The notes below the pieces were generated by a model. That model searched no databases. It was not told where the DNA came from and saw nothing but the letters and a program-made list of their open reading frames with translations. From NCBI GenBank assembly GCA_964596525.1, contig CAZQUL010000001.1, positions 140,830 through 204,829 on the forward strand: DNA of 64,000 nucleotides. Reading direction: 5' to 3'. This DNA is from an uncultured Gammaproteobacteria bacterium. Its GTDB lineage: Bacteria; Patescibacteriota; Patescibacteriia; Magasanikbacterales; GWA2-37-8. A program made the translations under genes and the position numbers. Positions 46,818-56,693 of this stretch are shown piece after piece; position 1 is the stretch's first letter; each line of letters starts with the position of its first letter.

Positions 46818-48239
46818 TTAACGCACGTACCCATACGGGTTAACGCGTACGCCGTTTCTGATGACTTCGAAGTGGAGGTGGATACCGGTGACGCCGCGCA
46901 CGTTACCGGTGTTGCCCATAAGGCCGATGGTCTGGCCGCGTTCTACGTAGTCGCCGACCGCAACAAGTATCACGTCGTTATGACCATACAGCGTCTTAAT
47001 GCCGCCGCCATGGTCGATGATGACATAGCAACCATAACCGCTGTTGAGCGTCTTGCCGCGGTACTGACCGACTGGCGGACAGTTGGCTGTTACGACGCGG
47101 CCGGCGTTTGAGGCGTAGTTAGGCGTATGGAACGGACCGGCGATATCAAGCGCGTGGTGGCGGATACCGTACGACTGCGTAACGGTACGCGCGCCCGAAG
47201 GCCAGACATAACCACTCACGCTCGCGGTTTCACGCGATGGCGGCGGTGTAGCCGTGACACGCGGCGCGCTAGGACGGCTCGGCGTGGTGGGGCGCGTCGG
47301 CGTTACACCGATAGCCGTAGATTTAGCTCCGCCCGGTACCATAATACGTTCGCCGGCGATAAGATTGGAACCATTAGGGTTAAGCTGATTGAAAGAAACA
47401 ATGTCTTTTTCTTCGGCACTGTAGAGGCGGGCGATTTTTGAAATCGTATCGCCGCGCGCGACCGTATGCATCACGCCCGATACCGGCGGGATCTTAAGCG
47501 TATTACCCGGCTGCAAGATACTGCGCGTAGTTAGATTATTTTCCCACAAGATAGTGGCGATGGATACGCCGTAGTCGGCCGCAATGCTATAGAGCGAATC
47601 ACCGGATTCGACGGTATAAAGTTCCACGGTTGAGCGACCCGAAAAGTAGACGCCCGGCATGATAGTCGGCTTAAGTACGGCTAAGCCACCAGCACGTTCA
47701 GCCAAAACATCGTAGCCCGGGGCTTCACGTACAGGGTCAACCACGCTGTCACGCTGGAAAGCGCCGGCCCGCCAGGGAGCGTATTCGGAGAGCGCCGGTT
47801 CATCGCTCGCCACGGCTTCTTCGTAGATTTCGGTCGCTTCGGCGTTTTCGGAAAGAAGCGTGTATAAAAAAGTCTTCTGACCCGGCGAAGCCAAAAGCAG
47901 TTGGCGGCTAAAGGAGGTGTGCGGCAAAGCGATCAAAACCAAGATGCCGAGCATGGCGGTGTGCACTACCGCGCGTTTATACCACCATTCTTTACCCCAC
48001 GAGATGCCGATTTTGCGCAATGCATACCCCACGCGGTAACGGACCGAACCTTGAACGCGCCAGAACCCTACGAACGCGCGACCAGCGCCACTACCAAGCA
48101 GAGCGCCGCATTTCCATACCAGCCGTTTAAGGGCGATGAGGAAGCGCAAAAAAACTAATAAAAAACGGTATTTCATAGGTATTGGTGATAGTACCATCGC
48201 GCCGCTGTTTTGTCGACCATAATCCCTCTTTTGAGCCAA
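46818..48239 (-). CDS. M23 family metallopeptidase with two LysM domains
   Basis: LysM (YTVESGDSLYSIAADYGVSIATI, HTVARGDTISKIARLY). M23 HxxxD / HxH motifs (HHALDIAG ... GIHLHFEV). N-terminal TM. Exact start uncertain (alternatives MVLSPIP, MKYRF). Confidence 0.85.
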   Translation of the reverse strand: MAQKRDYGRQNSGAMVLSPIPMKYRFLLVFLRFLIALKRLVWKCGALLGSGAGRAFVGFWRVQGSVRYRVGYALRKIGISWGKEWWYKRAVVHTAMLGILVLIALPHTSFSRQLLLASPGQKTFLYTLLSENAEATEIYEEAVASDEPALSEYAPWRAGAFQRDSVVDPVREAPGYDVLAERAGGLAVLKPTIMPGVYFSGRSTVELYTVESGDSLYSIAADYGVSIATILWENNLTTRSILQPGNTLKIPPVSGVMHTVARGDTISKIARLYSAEEKDIVSFNQLNPNGSNLIAGERIMVPGGAKSTAIGVTPTRPTTPSRPSAPRVTATPPPSRETASVSGYVWPSGARTVTQSYGIRHHALDIAGPFHTPNYASNAGRVVTANCPPVGQYRGKTLNSGYGCYVIIDHGGGIKTLYGHNDVILVAVGDYVERGQTIGLMGNTGNVRGVTGIHLHFEVIRNGVRVNPYGYVR

Positions 48240-48299
48240 AAAATGGCTTTCTCGTGGGACGTATAAAATTAAAGGAGCCTATCCGTGATAGGCTCCAAG

Positions 48300-49013
48300 C
48301 TAGATCCACCAGCTCAGCGTTTCAGAGAGCGTGGCCTCAAAAAACCCGGTGAGAAGGCGCGTCGCTGCAAGGTCAGGCCCCTCCGTGCCCACTTCGAAAT
48401 AGGGCGACCTTCCGTGCTCGATGTTCGCCTTGAGGCGAAATTTCTGGATGTGCTCGGGCGCGCGAGGCAAAAGCTCAAGCAGATCCAGGATCTCGTAGTG
48501 ATAAAACCCGTACGGTATCACGAGCTCGAGACGCCGCTTGCGCTCGAGCGTCAGCATGATGCCACGAACGAAATCCGCTCTCTCGAGCTCGGTCTGGCGC
48601 CGCCAGAAGCGCTCGGCCGGGTTGAAAAAGCGCCCGGAGAGAAACTTCTGCACCGCGGCGGCCGCGGCGAAGAGCACAGCCTCATCGTAATCGCTCTGGG
48701 CCCGCGCGAGCGCCTGGTCGATGAAGCGGTTCACCACGGCGGTACAGCGGTCACAGGCGCCTTTGGATGATGTCACTACTGCCCACGGCAGATCATCACC
48801 CTCTAGAAAGTCGACGACCATGGCACCGGAGGGGCGTGACGTGTCAGCGAGCGGCTCAAACGGCAAGGTGAGTTCGGTGCAATTCGGCCATGAGTCGGAA
48901 ATCTGAGGAATCACCTGAAGGGAGCCGTTAAACGAAACGTTTTCTTGCACTGCAAAACGCCCGCACGCATTCTTGAGCGCCGCAGCCACCACCAAACCGT
49001 TGATCGCCACCAT
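48300..49013 (-). CDS. hypothetical protein (238 aa)
   Basis: ORF 48300..49301. Start chosen at MVAINGLVV, which has an aaggagg SD. No family recognised. Confidence 0.4.
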   Translation of the reverse strand: MVAINGLVVAAALKNACGRFAVQENVSFNGSLQVIPQISDSWPNCTELTLPFEPLADTSRPSGAMVVDFLEGDDLPWAVVTSSKGACDRCTAVVNRFIDQALARAQSDYDEAVLFAAAAAVQKFLSGRFFNPAERFWRRQTELERADFVRGIMLTLERKRRLELVIPYGFYHYEILDLLELLPRAPEHIQKFRLKANIEHGRSPYFEVGTEGPDLAATRLLTGFFEATLSETLSWWI

Positions 49014-49178
49014 CCTTGCCTCCTTAAGGTAAGGGTAAGAAAAAAAAGAACGAGGGGCAAGGTCCCCTCTTATTCCTTTAGATTGTGCAAAAATCTTACA
49101 TGAATTTTCATTTTTTGTCAAGGTTGTATAAAAGCAAAAGAGGCTTCCCGAACGGGTTGCCTCTAGGCTTGGGCAGAC

Positions 49179-49301
49179 CCACAACCGCTCCTCACTGCGA
49201 CGGAGATTTCTTCCGAGGCGGCGCATACGCGGCGGCGGACGGCCGATGAAGTACAGAACGACGAACACCACGACAAGCATGAGAGCCACATAATAGTTCA
49301 T
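49179..49301 (-). CDS. possible small hydrophobic peptide (~40 aa)
   Basis: MNYYVALMLVVVFVVLYFIGRPPP... preceded by a ggaggtgagcc SD. Same frame as the downstream gene. Confidence 0.3.
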
Positions 49302-49510
49302 GGCTCACCTCCTTAGCCGGAACGTACGGTGATTCGAGAGATTTGACAAGGTTCGGGTGGATAAGTGAAGAAAATTTCGGTTAGCAGTTCACGGAGCTCG
49401 AAAAAAAGGCTGCAACGAAAAAACAATGCATTAATCACACTACACTTGTACTGACTTGCTCTAGTAGTTGTTAGCCAACCACACACCAATCTTTACCTAA
49501 GCGCGCGTTT

Positions 49511-51064
49511 GTGGGCACAATAGAAGACTTTGGTTTTCTTTCTTGCTTTATGTTTTTCTCATTGCGCGCTGGTGCGGTCATCGGGCTTGAATGCACAGCA
49601 GTCGATGTGGAAGTGGATCTCAACAAAGGTCAGACTTCATTTGCGATTGTTGGGCTTGGCGACACGGCCATTAAAGAAGCTAAGGATCGCATTTTTTCCG
49701 CGTTCAAAAACTCGCAATTTTCGTACCCGTTTAATTTCCGCATCGTCATTAATTTAGCGCCGGCGGATTTGGCCAAAGAAGGTCCGGCGTATGATCTGCC
49801 AATGGCGATCGGGCTTATTGCTTTATCGCACAGTTTGAACCTGGCAGTGGATGACGCGCTTATCGTCGGTGAACTTGGGCTTGATGGCAGCGTGCGGCAT
49901 GTCACGGGCATTTTACCGCTCACGCTTTTTGCCAAAGAGCGCGGGCTTAAACGAGTGTTTGTGCCCGCACCCGACGCGCGCGAAGCCGCACTGGTATCGG
50001 GCATTGACGTGTACCCGGTAAAAACGCTCCGTGAACTCGTGGATCATTTAACAGACACTTTGTCTATCGCACCGTTCCAAACCGCGCAAGGATCTGACGA
50101 CGCCGAGGCGGTTTCATACGAGTATGACATGGCGCAGGTGAAAGGACAGGAGTTCGCCAAGCGCGCGCTCGAGATCGCGGCGAGCGGCAACCACAACATT
50201 ATGATGAGCGGGCCGCCCGGGTCGGGCAAGACACTCTTAGCCCGGACTCTTCCGTCGCTCCTACCACCCCTCACCGAAACCGAAGCGCTCGAAGTCACCA
50301 AAATCTATTCGGTCGCCGGACTCCTCAAACACAATCTCGTGCGCGAACGACCATTTCGTTCACCGCACCACACGGCTTCGGGTGTGGCGCTCGTCGGCGG
50401 CGGGCGCGTGCCGCGGCCCGGTGAAATATCACTCGCACATCGCGGCATTTTGTTCCTCGACGAATTTCCGGAGTTCCCGCGGACCGTCATAGAAAACCTA
50501 CGCCAGCCGCTCGAGGATGGCATCGTCACTATTTCGCGCGCCGAAGGGACACTGTCGTTCCCGGCCCGGTTCATTCTGGTTGCGAGCCTCAATCCCTGCC
50601 CGTGCGGTTTCGCGAGCGATCCGGAGCGCGCCTGTACCTGCTCTCCTATACAAAAACTGCGCTACCAGAAAAAACTCTCCGGACCCCTGCTCGATCGCAT
50701 TGATTTGCATGTTGAGGTGCCGCGCGTACAATTCGACAAACTGACCGCGGAAACGAACGCGGAAACATCCGGGGTGATCCGTGAGCGGGTGCTTGCTGCG
50801 CGCGAGCGTCAAGCACGCCGCTTCAAGGGCACGCGCCTTCTCACCAATAGCGAGATGGGCAACCGCGAAATCAAAGAATACTGCAAACTGGACGAAGAAA
50901 GCATGGCACTTCTACGCACAGCCACGACGCAGCTGCATTTATCGGCACGCGTGTACCACCGCTTGCTCAAAGTGGCACGCACCATCGCGGATCTCGCAGG
51001 GAGTGACCGTATCGCCCTTCCTCATGTGGCTGAGGCGCTGCAACTGCGATCCAGGCAGGAATAA
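49511..51064 (+). CDS. YifB/ComM family Mg-chelatase-like AAA+ ATPase
   Basis: Lon-protease-like N-domain (NLAPADLAKEGPAYDLPMAIG), Walker A MSGPPGSGKT, C-terminal ChlI/ComM domain. Start may be a non-ATG codon slightly upstream. Confidence 0.85.
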   Translation: MGTIEDFGFLSCFMFFSLRAGAVIGLECTAVDVEVDLNKGQTSFAIVGLGDTAIKEAKDRIFSAFKNSQFSYPFNFRIVINLAPADLAKEGPAYDLPMAIGLIALSHSLNLAVDDALIVGELGLDGSVRHVTGILPLTLFAKERGLKRVFVPAPDAREAALVSGIDVYPVKTLRELVDHLTDTLSIAPFQTAQGSDDAEAVSYEYDMAQVKGQEFAKRALEIAASGNHNIMMSGPPGSGKTLLARTLPSLLPPLTETEALEVTKIYSVAGLLKHNLVRERPFRSPHHTASGVALVGGGRVPRPGEISLAHRGILFLDEFPEFPRTVIENLRQPLEDGIVTISRAEGTLSFPARFILVASLNPCPCGFASDPERACTCSPIQKLRYQKKLSGPLLDRIDLHVEVPRVQFDKLTAETNAETSGVIRERVLAARERQARRFKGTRLLTNSEMGNREIKEYCKLDEESMALLRTATTQLHLSARVYHRLLKVARTIADLAGSDRIALPHVAEALQLRSRQE

Positions 51065-51090
51065 CGCTTGATCATTGTCCGCTGCCAAAG

Positions 51091-51678
51091 ATGCGTAGTA
51101 TACTAAAGGTACCCATCATTATTCATATGCTCTTTCGCGATCCGCTCAATTCATTACTTACGCAACTCGTTCTCCCTGATACGTTCGCCGCGTTCGTATT
51201 GTTTTATATCATGCCTCTTATCGTTTCGGTTATTGTCGGCGGGCTCTTGGGCTGGCAGCGCGGCATGCAAGGCAAGGCTGCCGGGCTACGCACATACACG
51301 CTCGTCACGGTGGGTGCCACCCTTTTTACTCTAGCTGGCGAAGCGTTTCTTCCCACGCCAGGTGCCGAAGCCGAACAAGCCCGCATCATCGCTCAGATCG
51401 TCACCGGTATCGGGTTTATCGGCGCTGGTCTTATCTTCCGCCACGGTACGAACGGCGAACAGGTAGAAGGCGTAACAACTGCGGCTGGCCTCTGGGTAAC
51501 GGCTGCACTTGGCGTCTTGGCCGGACTCCGCCTCTATACGTTTGCATTCATTGCTACTTTTATCATTTTAGGAATTTTATTTTTCCCAGATCGCTGGCTC
51601 CTGGGCTCGCATGCCCTGCCCGAATCGGAGCCACCGCGCACAACAAAAAAGCGCTCAACTAAAAACACCTCTAGATAA
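51091..51678 (+). CDS. MgtC/SapB family membrane protein
   Basis: GLRTYTLVTVGATLFTL ... IVTGIGFIGAGLIF MgtC signature. Start possibly at the internal Met 51127. Confidence 0.75.
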   Translation: MRSILKVPIIIHMLFRDPLNSLLTQLVLPDTFAAFVLFYIMPLIVSVIVGGLLGWQRGMQGKAAGLRTYTLVTVGATLFTLAGEAFLPTPGAEAEQARIIAQIVTGIGFIGAGLIFRHGTNGEQVEGVTTAAGLWVTAALGVLAGLRLYTFAFIATFIILGILFFPDRWLLGSHALPESEPPRTTKKRSTKNTSR

Positions 51679-52177
51679 GAGGTGTTTTTAGATACCAGGC
51701 GCCGAGCACGGTAATGGCAATACCGTAGAGTAGCGACGGCAGCGGGCGAGCGAAGAGTGAAATGAGCCACGCCACCGCAACGAGCGGCCAGGTGATAACC
51801 ATGAGCCAGTTGCGCCGCACGTACTGTTTCCAGAGCGCGCCGAGCGTACGCACATCGCCATCTGAGGGTGGAGCTGAGCGAGCGATACTCACAGCAAGCC
51901 ACAGTGCCAAGAGAGTGTAGCCGCTCAACGCACGCGACGTGACAAACGAAGCAAGGAAGAGCCCGACAACCGTATTGCCAAGAAGCGGCCCGAGAGAAAT
52001 AAAAAGGCTCGCCGAAAACGTTTCCGGTTCGGCATGTTCTACAAAACCAGGCGGATCGCGGAAGCGCAGCGGTACGAAACGATAAATCTTGACTCCAAGC
52101 ATTACGCACCACAGAGCGTGGTTGAGTTCATGCACGATTACGCCCGGCGCGGAAAAAATAATAGAGAGAAAACGCAT
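51671..52177 (-). CDS. membrane protein with HExxH motif (putative metalloprotease)
   Basis: Start MRFLSIIFSAPGVIVHELNHALW. Three or four TM helices. Confidence 0.45.
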   Translation of the reverse strand: MRFLSIIFSAPGVIVHELNHALWCVMLGVKIYRFVPLRFRDPPGFVEHAEPETFSASLFISLGPLLGNTVVGLFLASFVTSRALSGYTLLALWLAVSIARSAPPSDGDVRTLGALWKQYVRRNWLMVITWPLVAVAWLISLFARPLPSLLYGIAITVLGAWYLKTPLI

Positions 52178-52185
52178 GGGAAAAA

Positions 52186-53511
52186 TTAGGCGGTTTCGAG
52201 ATCGGCGGCAAAAACCAGCGCGAGCGTGATCCACCACAGAAATGCCAAATCATTTTTAAAATACGGTACATCCACCAAACCGTGCATAACGAATGCGGCA
52301 ACTACTGCTACAGCGCCAAGCGCGGGCCATGATGCGCGAGTCAGTACTTGACGCATAGCCAAAACAACCGCGTACCCAAGTAAGGCAAACATTGCCAACA
52401 TACCCAAAAGCCCCGTTTCGGTCCAAAAATTGAGTACGATGTTGTGCGGATAGATGAGGCGTTCGAGCGCTTTCACGTCATAATGCGGTTTCTGCACTTT
52501 GCGAAAAAACTGGCGGAAACCAGGCCCGAAAACGAAGTTTTGTGGCGATGCGGTAAGATAGGACGTAGTGTAACTCCACAGCGTAAAACGGTTTTTACCG
52601 GCTTGGTCGCGAAAAAGCACCTGCTCGCGCACCGGGGCAACGAAGGCGATGGCCGCCACTACCCCAACGACACCAAGTAGAACAAGTTTGTACCATCGCA
52701 GGCCGACAGCGATTACCAAAAGTCCAGCACCCAAAGCCGCGACACCACCCGCTGATTTAGTAGCCGCAAGACATACGAGCGAAAGAAGAAGCGTAACGAC
52801 CGCAAGAATGACTGGGAGCGACATTCTTTTAAGAATTTCACGCCGGGACGCAAGCGCGATCGTGCGTACTGCGGACCACTCTTCACCAAGGTACGTAACG
52901 ATGAACAGCATAATCGGTACCATAAAGAGCGCCACCGCGTTCGGCGAGGTGTAAAACAACGTTACGCGCCGCGTGGCAGCTGCCATCCATTCGGGCGTCG
53001 CGATACCCCAGCCGGTAAGCGCTTGTGCAATGCCGTAGAGGGCCATGACGAGAACTGTCGCGCCCAGCGCGTAAAAAACATGGGTACGCACCACGAATGC
53101 GTTCTCAACGCTGGACGGACTGATGGAACGCACCCGAGCGATACAGATGATGGCGAAGATGAGCGGTTCAAGCACGTACGCACGCCACTGCCCAAACGAG
53201 AGAATCACCATGTCACTCACCGCGATGCTAGCAACAGACGAAGCAAGAAATACGAACGGTAGAATTGCCGCGAACGGCCGACGTTTGGCAAATGCTCTAA
53301 GAACCGGCAGGTCGCTTTTGGCATACCGCAGAAGCCATACACCCACTACCGCAGCCCACGTAATTTCGAGCAGCGTAGTCGGCAAGGGTCCGATATGAAA
53401 ACGAATCAGATAGCTTGGCAACGTAAACGCTAACCACAGTACAGCATAGCGCCAACGAAACCAGGCGACACCGGCGATGAGAGCTGCGTAGATAAGGGCA
53501 AAAATAGGCAT
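52186..53511 (-). CDS. O-antigen ligase/polymerase-like membrane protein (Wzy_C family)
   Basis: About 12 TM helices with a central large loop typical of the O-antigen ligase family. Confidence 0.55.
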   Translation of the reverse strand: MPIFALIYAALIAGVAWFRWRYAVLWLAFTLPSYLIRFHIGPLPTTLLEITWAAVVGVWLLRYAKSDLPVLRAFAKRRPFAAILPFVFLASSVASIAVSDMVILSFGQWRAYVLEPLIFAIICIARVRSISPSSVENAFVVRTHVFYALGATVLVMALYGIAQALTGWGIATPEWMAAATRRVTLFYTSPNAVALFMVPIMLFIVTYLGEEWSAVRTIALASRREILKRMSLPVILAVVTLLLSLVCLAATKSAGGVAALGAGLLVIAVGLRWYKLVLLGVVGVVAAIAFVAPVREQVLFRDQAGKNRFTLWSYTTSYLTASPQNFVFGPGFRQFFRKVQKPHYDVKALERLIYPHNIVLNFWTETGLLGMLAMFALLGYAVVLAMRQVLTRASWPALGAVAVVAAFVMHGLVDVPYFKNDLAFLWWITLALVFAADLETA

Positions 53512-53520
53512 AGTAGTAGT

Positions 53521-53624
53521 GTCATTGCGAGGAGCGAGTTAGACGAGCGACGAAGCAATCCCCTTGATAGAAGGGTGAGCACTGAATTACCGAGGGATTG
53601 CTTCGTCGTTCCTCCTCGCAATGA
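53521..53624. repeat. nested palindromic intergenic repeat, copy B (core form)
   Basis: gtcattgcgagg...gacgaagcaatcccc ttgatag ...gagggattgcttcgtc...cctcgcaatgac followed by a T-run on the plus strand. Confidence 0.7.
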
Positions 53625-53639
53625 CGGTGTTTTTTTAAA

Positions 53640-54392
53640 TCATTGTATTCTACTGACGCTCCACAAAATATCAAACCACTGGCGGAGCATGAGCGTCAAG
53701 GACGGGCTCGTTATCACAACCCCAATCCCCTCTTCTTTGCGGCTAAAGAATGCGACGGATTGGTCCCAAATAAAGAGCGATGTCACGAATGTACAACTCG
53801 GCGGCAAAAACCGCACCTCACGGCGTTCGAGTCGGTTGCGTTCTTTGGTGTAATTTTTGATTTCTTCGCTCGCGACACGCAGGCTCTTGAGAGCCAATCC
53901 TTTGGCCACACGACGACGATTAAAGTGCATTTTCTCGCCCAAAACACGCTGCAAATCGCGCGGTGAAACAATTTCATAGATAATCCGATCTTTAGCTTCA
54001 AGGATTTCGTAGAAAACGGTGCGCACGTGTTCACGGTACAATACGCGCACGCCGATGCGCGCAGAGGGCTCTTCGCGAATTTCTTTAAGAAACGGCATGA
54101 TTCCGGCCAGCTCCTCGAGTAAGCGCTCGGTTTGTTTTTTGAGTGTCTCGGGCGGCAACGCGGCGTAGTGATGCCGCGAACCGCGTTTAGTGGCGACCAC
54201 GATCCCCTTTTCCATAAGGCGTTTGATGATGGACTGCACTGTCGAGACTGGCACATCGAGACGCGTCGCGAGCGGCGAGAGCGTAAGGGGCGATTCAGCG
54301 ATAAGCGCCAAGTACACCGATTGTTCGGGCACGCTTAAACCGTAACGGGCAAGCACTTCGGAGATTTCTTGTTTAGCATCAGCATCAATCAT
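53640..54392 (-). CDS. TrmB-like transcriptional regulator (paralogue of 44955..45689)
   Basis: wHTH (LSVPEQSVYLALIAESPLTLSPLATRLDVPVSTVQSIIKRLMEKGIV) plus a TrmB-like C-terminal domain. Confidence 0.6.
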   Translation of the reverse strand: MIDADAKQEISEVLARYGLSVPEQSVYLALIAESPLTLSPLATRLDVPVSTVQSIIKRLMEKGIVVATKRGSRHHYAALPPETLKKQTERLLEELAGIMPFLKEIREEPSARIGVRVLYREHVRTVFYEILEAKDRIIYEIVSPRDLQRVLGEKMHFNRRRVAKGLALKSLRVASEEIKNYTKERNRLERREVRFLPPSCTFVTSLFIWDQSVAFFSRKEEGIGVVITSPSLTLMLRQWFDILWSVSRIQ

Positions 54393-54519
54393 ACTACTTA
54401 TTTACGATATTTTTCGTAAATTATATATGGTTTATTTTACCATATATATAACATTTTTCAACATATCCACGTTTTTTACTTTAAAAAGTATGTAATAAAT
54501 ATGCAGCAGCGCGTACGAT

Positions 54520-54999
54520 GTGGACGAAGGGAGGAAGCGAATGCACACGAAACCCCGCCGTTCATTACAATTACTTGTCACGGATGTGGTGGTGCTCAGC
54601 GGTCCGTATGCAGACCCGAACATCACGCTCATCAGGAGCACCAGACCGTACCTCGCAGGCAAGCTCCTCTTGCCCGGCGGACACGTGGACGAAGGAGAAA
54701 CCACCAAGCGCGCCGCACAGCGGGAAGGCGGCGAAGAGGTGGGTCTCACCATCGAACTCGACGAACTCGAGCTCTTTACTGTGCTCGATGCGCCGGGACG
54801 CGACGTGCGCGACGGCGTGGATCGGGTGTCGGTCGTATACCTAGTCGACCGGCGCGGACACGACGTAGCACCACAAGCCGGCGACGATGCGGCCGCGGTG
54901 GAAACACTGCCGCTGCGCACCGTTTCGGCTGTGGATATGGGTTATGACCACGGGACAGTTGTCGAAATGCTCAAAACCAGCTATGGTGGTGGCGGATAA
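54520..54999 (+). CDS. NUDIX hydrolase
   Basis: Nudix box GGHVDEGETTKRAAQREGGEEVGL. Confidence 0.75.
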   Translation: MDEGRKRMHTKPRRSLQLLVTDVVVLSGPYADPNITLIRSTRPYLAGKLLLPGGHVDEGETTKRAAQREGGEEVGLTIELDELELFTVLDAPGRDVRDGVDRVSVVYLVDRRGHDVAPQAGDDAAAVETLPLRTVSAVDMGYDHGTVVEMLKTSYGGGG

Positions 55000-55016
55000 A
55001 CCACTGGGGGTACATC

Positions 55017-56084
55017 ATGGAAACCAACGCGTCTGACGAGAAGAAACTGCTCATCATCCCTTTGCCGGAGATGACGGAGATGGCCAAAAGAATTCTATCC
55101 GAACTCGAAAGAATGGGAGACCATCGTTTCCGCATCGTCGATCTCGACTGCACTTCGTATGCCGACGGATCGCTCGAAGTGGAGCTCAAAGACTCGGTCC
55201 GCTTCCGCTATGCATATCTTCTAGCGTCACCTGCACTCGACATCCGTACCGGTAAGCCCAATCCCAACGAGAGCTTGATGCGACTTCTCTTGGCGATCAA
55301 CGCCCTGCAGAACTCCTCCGTCAAAAAGGATGTGATGCTGGTTCTGCCTTATATCCCCTACCAGCGCGCCGATCGTACGGGAGGCAAGCGTAAGGCGACA
55401 GGCATCTCTGTCGTCAAAAAGCTTCTTAAATCCCATTCTTGCGTTGATCGCATCATTACCTGCGAACCGCACTTCTCGCAGCTCGGCACGGTGTTTGACG
55501 GCGAGCTCGATGAGCTCAGCAGCGTAAAGATGTTCGGCGAAATGATCTGCGAACGATGGGGGGAGCACCGCGACAACCTGGTTGTGGTTTCTCCTGACGC
55601 TGGCGGTCTCAGTCGCGCCACCCGCCTCGCCGACTACCTGAGCCGCAAGCTCGGCACGCTCATCGAGGTCATGTTCCTTAACAAGGTCCGCAAAGAGGCC
55701 AACAAAGTCGAGAAGTCCTTCATCCCGCTGAGCGGCAACTATCATGGCAAGAAGGCCGTTCTCATCGACGACATCGGTGACACGATGGGCACAGCCTGCC
55801 AGGGTATGAAAACGCTCACCGAGGCTGGTATGGACGTGCTCGGTATGTTCGTGACGCACGGCGTTTTCAGTTCGCATGAGGGCGTGAGCGCGGCCGATCG
55901 CTGTCGTGCAGCCGGCCTCAGGGTTGTGACCACCAACACCATTCCGCGCTCGGACGAGTATTACACCGCAAACGCGGACTGGATCATCCACGTCGTCGAT
56001 ATCGCGCCGCGCCTCGCCAAGGCCATCCATAACATGGCGACCAGCGCGAGCTTCAGCGCCCTCAATGGGCACGAGGAGAAGTAG
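55017..56084 (+). CDS. ribose-phosphate pyrophosphokinase-like protein (Prs family)
   Basis: N-terminal Prs domain and PRPP-binding loop (VLIDDIGDTMGTACQG). Confidence 0.7.
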   Translation: METNASDEKKLLIIPLPEMTEMAKRILSELERMGDHRFRIVDLDCTSYADGSLEVELKDSVRFRYAYLLASPALDIRTGKPNPNESLMRLLLAINALQNSSVKKDVMLVLPYIPYQRADRTGGKRKATGISVVKKLLKSHSCVDRIITCEPHFSQLGTVFDGELDELSSVKMFGEMICERWGEHRDNLVVVSPDAGGLSRATRLADYLSRKLGTLIEVMFLNKVRKEANKVEKSFIPLSGNYHGKKAVLIDDIGDTMGTACQGMKTLTEAGMDVLGMFVTHGVFSSHEGVSAADRCRAAGLRVVTTNTIPRSDEYYTANADWIIHVVDIAPRLAKAIHNMATSASFSALNGHEEK

Positions 56085-56087
56085 ACC

Positions 56088-56657
56088 ATGAAGACCGTTG
56101 AAGATACGCTTCAGGAAGCCATTCTCAAGATCCCGCACTTTCCCGATGCGAGCTGCCCGGTGTTCTATCACATCGGACCGATCATCGAGAATCCGGCACT
56201 GTTTGACCTGGCGATCTCGAGCTTGCACGCGGCGATCGATAAGCGACTCATTATCACCCGCGTCGCAGCCATCGAAGCGCGGGCCTGGCTCTTCGTTCGC
56301 GATGTCGCGCGGCCGTACCGCGCAGCGGTGGATCTCATCCGCAAGGTCGGCAAGACGCCGCCGCCGACGATCCGATCCGAAGAACATGCCCGTGAGTATG
56401 GCACCGCGATTCTCGAGATGGCCGCAATGCCGACGGTCGAAACGCGACCGGACGGCGTAACGATCGTTCTCGATGACGTGACCGCGACCGGCGCCACGCA
56501 GATCGCTGCCGCACGTATGGTGCGGAATCGTCGGAACAAAGACGGCAGCACACCGCGCGTCGTGTGCCTCTCCCTCATCGAGCTTACTGCGCTCAAGGGT
56601 CGCGAGCGGCTCGCGGAGATGGGCGTTCCGCTCTTTTCCGTAATCAAGATTCCCTAA
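56088..56657 (+). CDS. phosphoribosyltransferase (adenine PRTase-like)
   Basis: PRPP-binding motif IVLDDVTATGAT. Confidence 0.65.
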   Translation: MKTVEDTLQEAILKIPHFPDASCPVFYHIGPIIENPALFDLAISSLHAAIDKRLIITRVAAIEARAWLFVRDVARPYRAAVDLIRKVGKTPPPTIRSEEHAREYGTAILEMAAMPTVETRPDGVTIVLDDVTATGATQIAAARMVRNRRNKDGSTPRVVCLSLIELTALKGRERLAEMGVPLFSVIKIP

Positions 56658-56693
56658 AAACAACCCCACGACTTCGGTCGTGGGGATTCTGTT

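Noticed and set aside
46031-46834. 267-aa minus-strand ORF opposite the histidine phosphatase gene
   Set aside because: The plus-strand gene has the RHGESEGN motif. The minus frame has no features and lacks an SD.
55227-56669. 480-aa minus-strand ORF spanning the Prs-like and PRTase genes
   Set aside because: It is antisense to two plus-strand genes with clear PRPP-binding motifs. Its translation is Arg/Ala/Gly-rich with no motifs, as expected for a GC-rich antisense frame.
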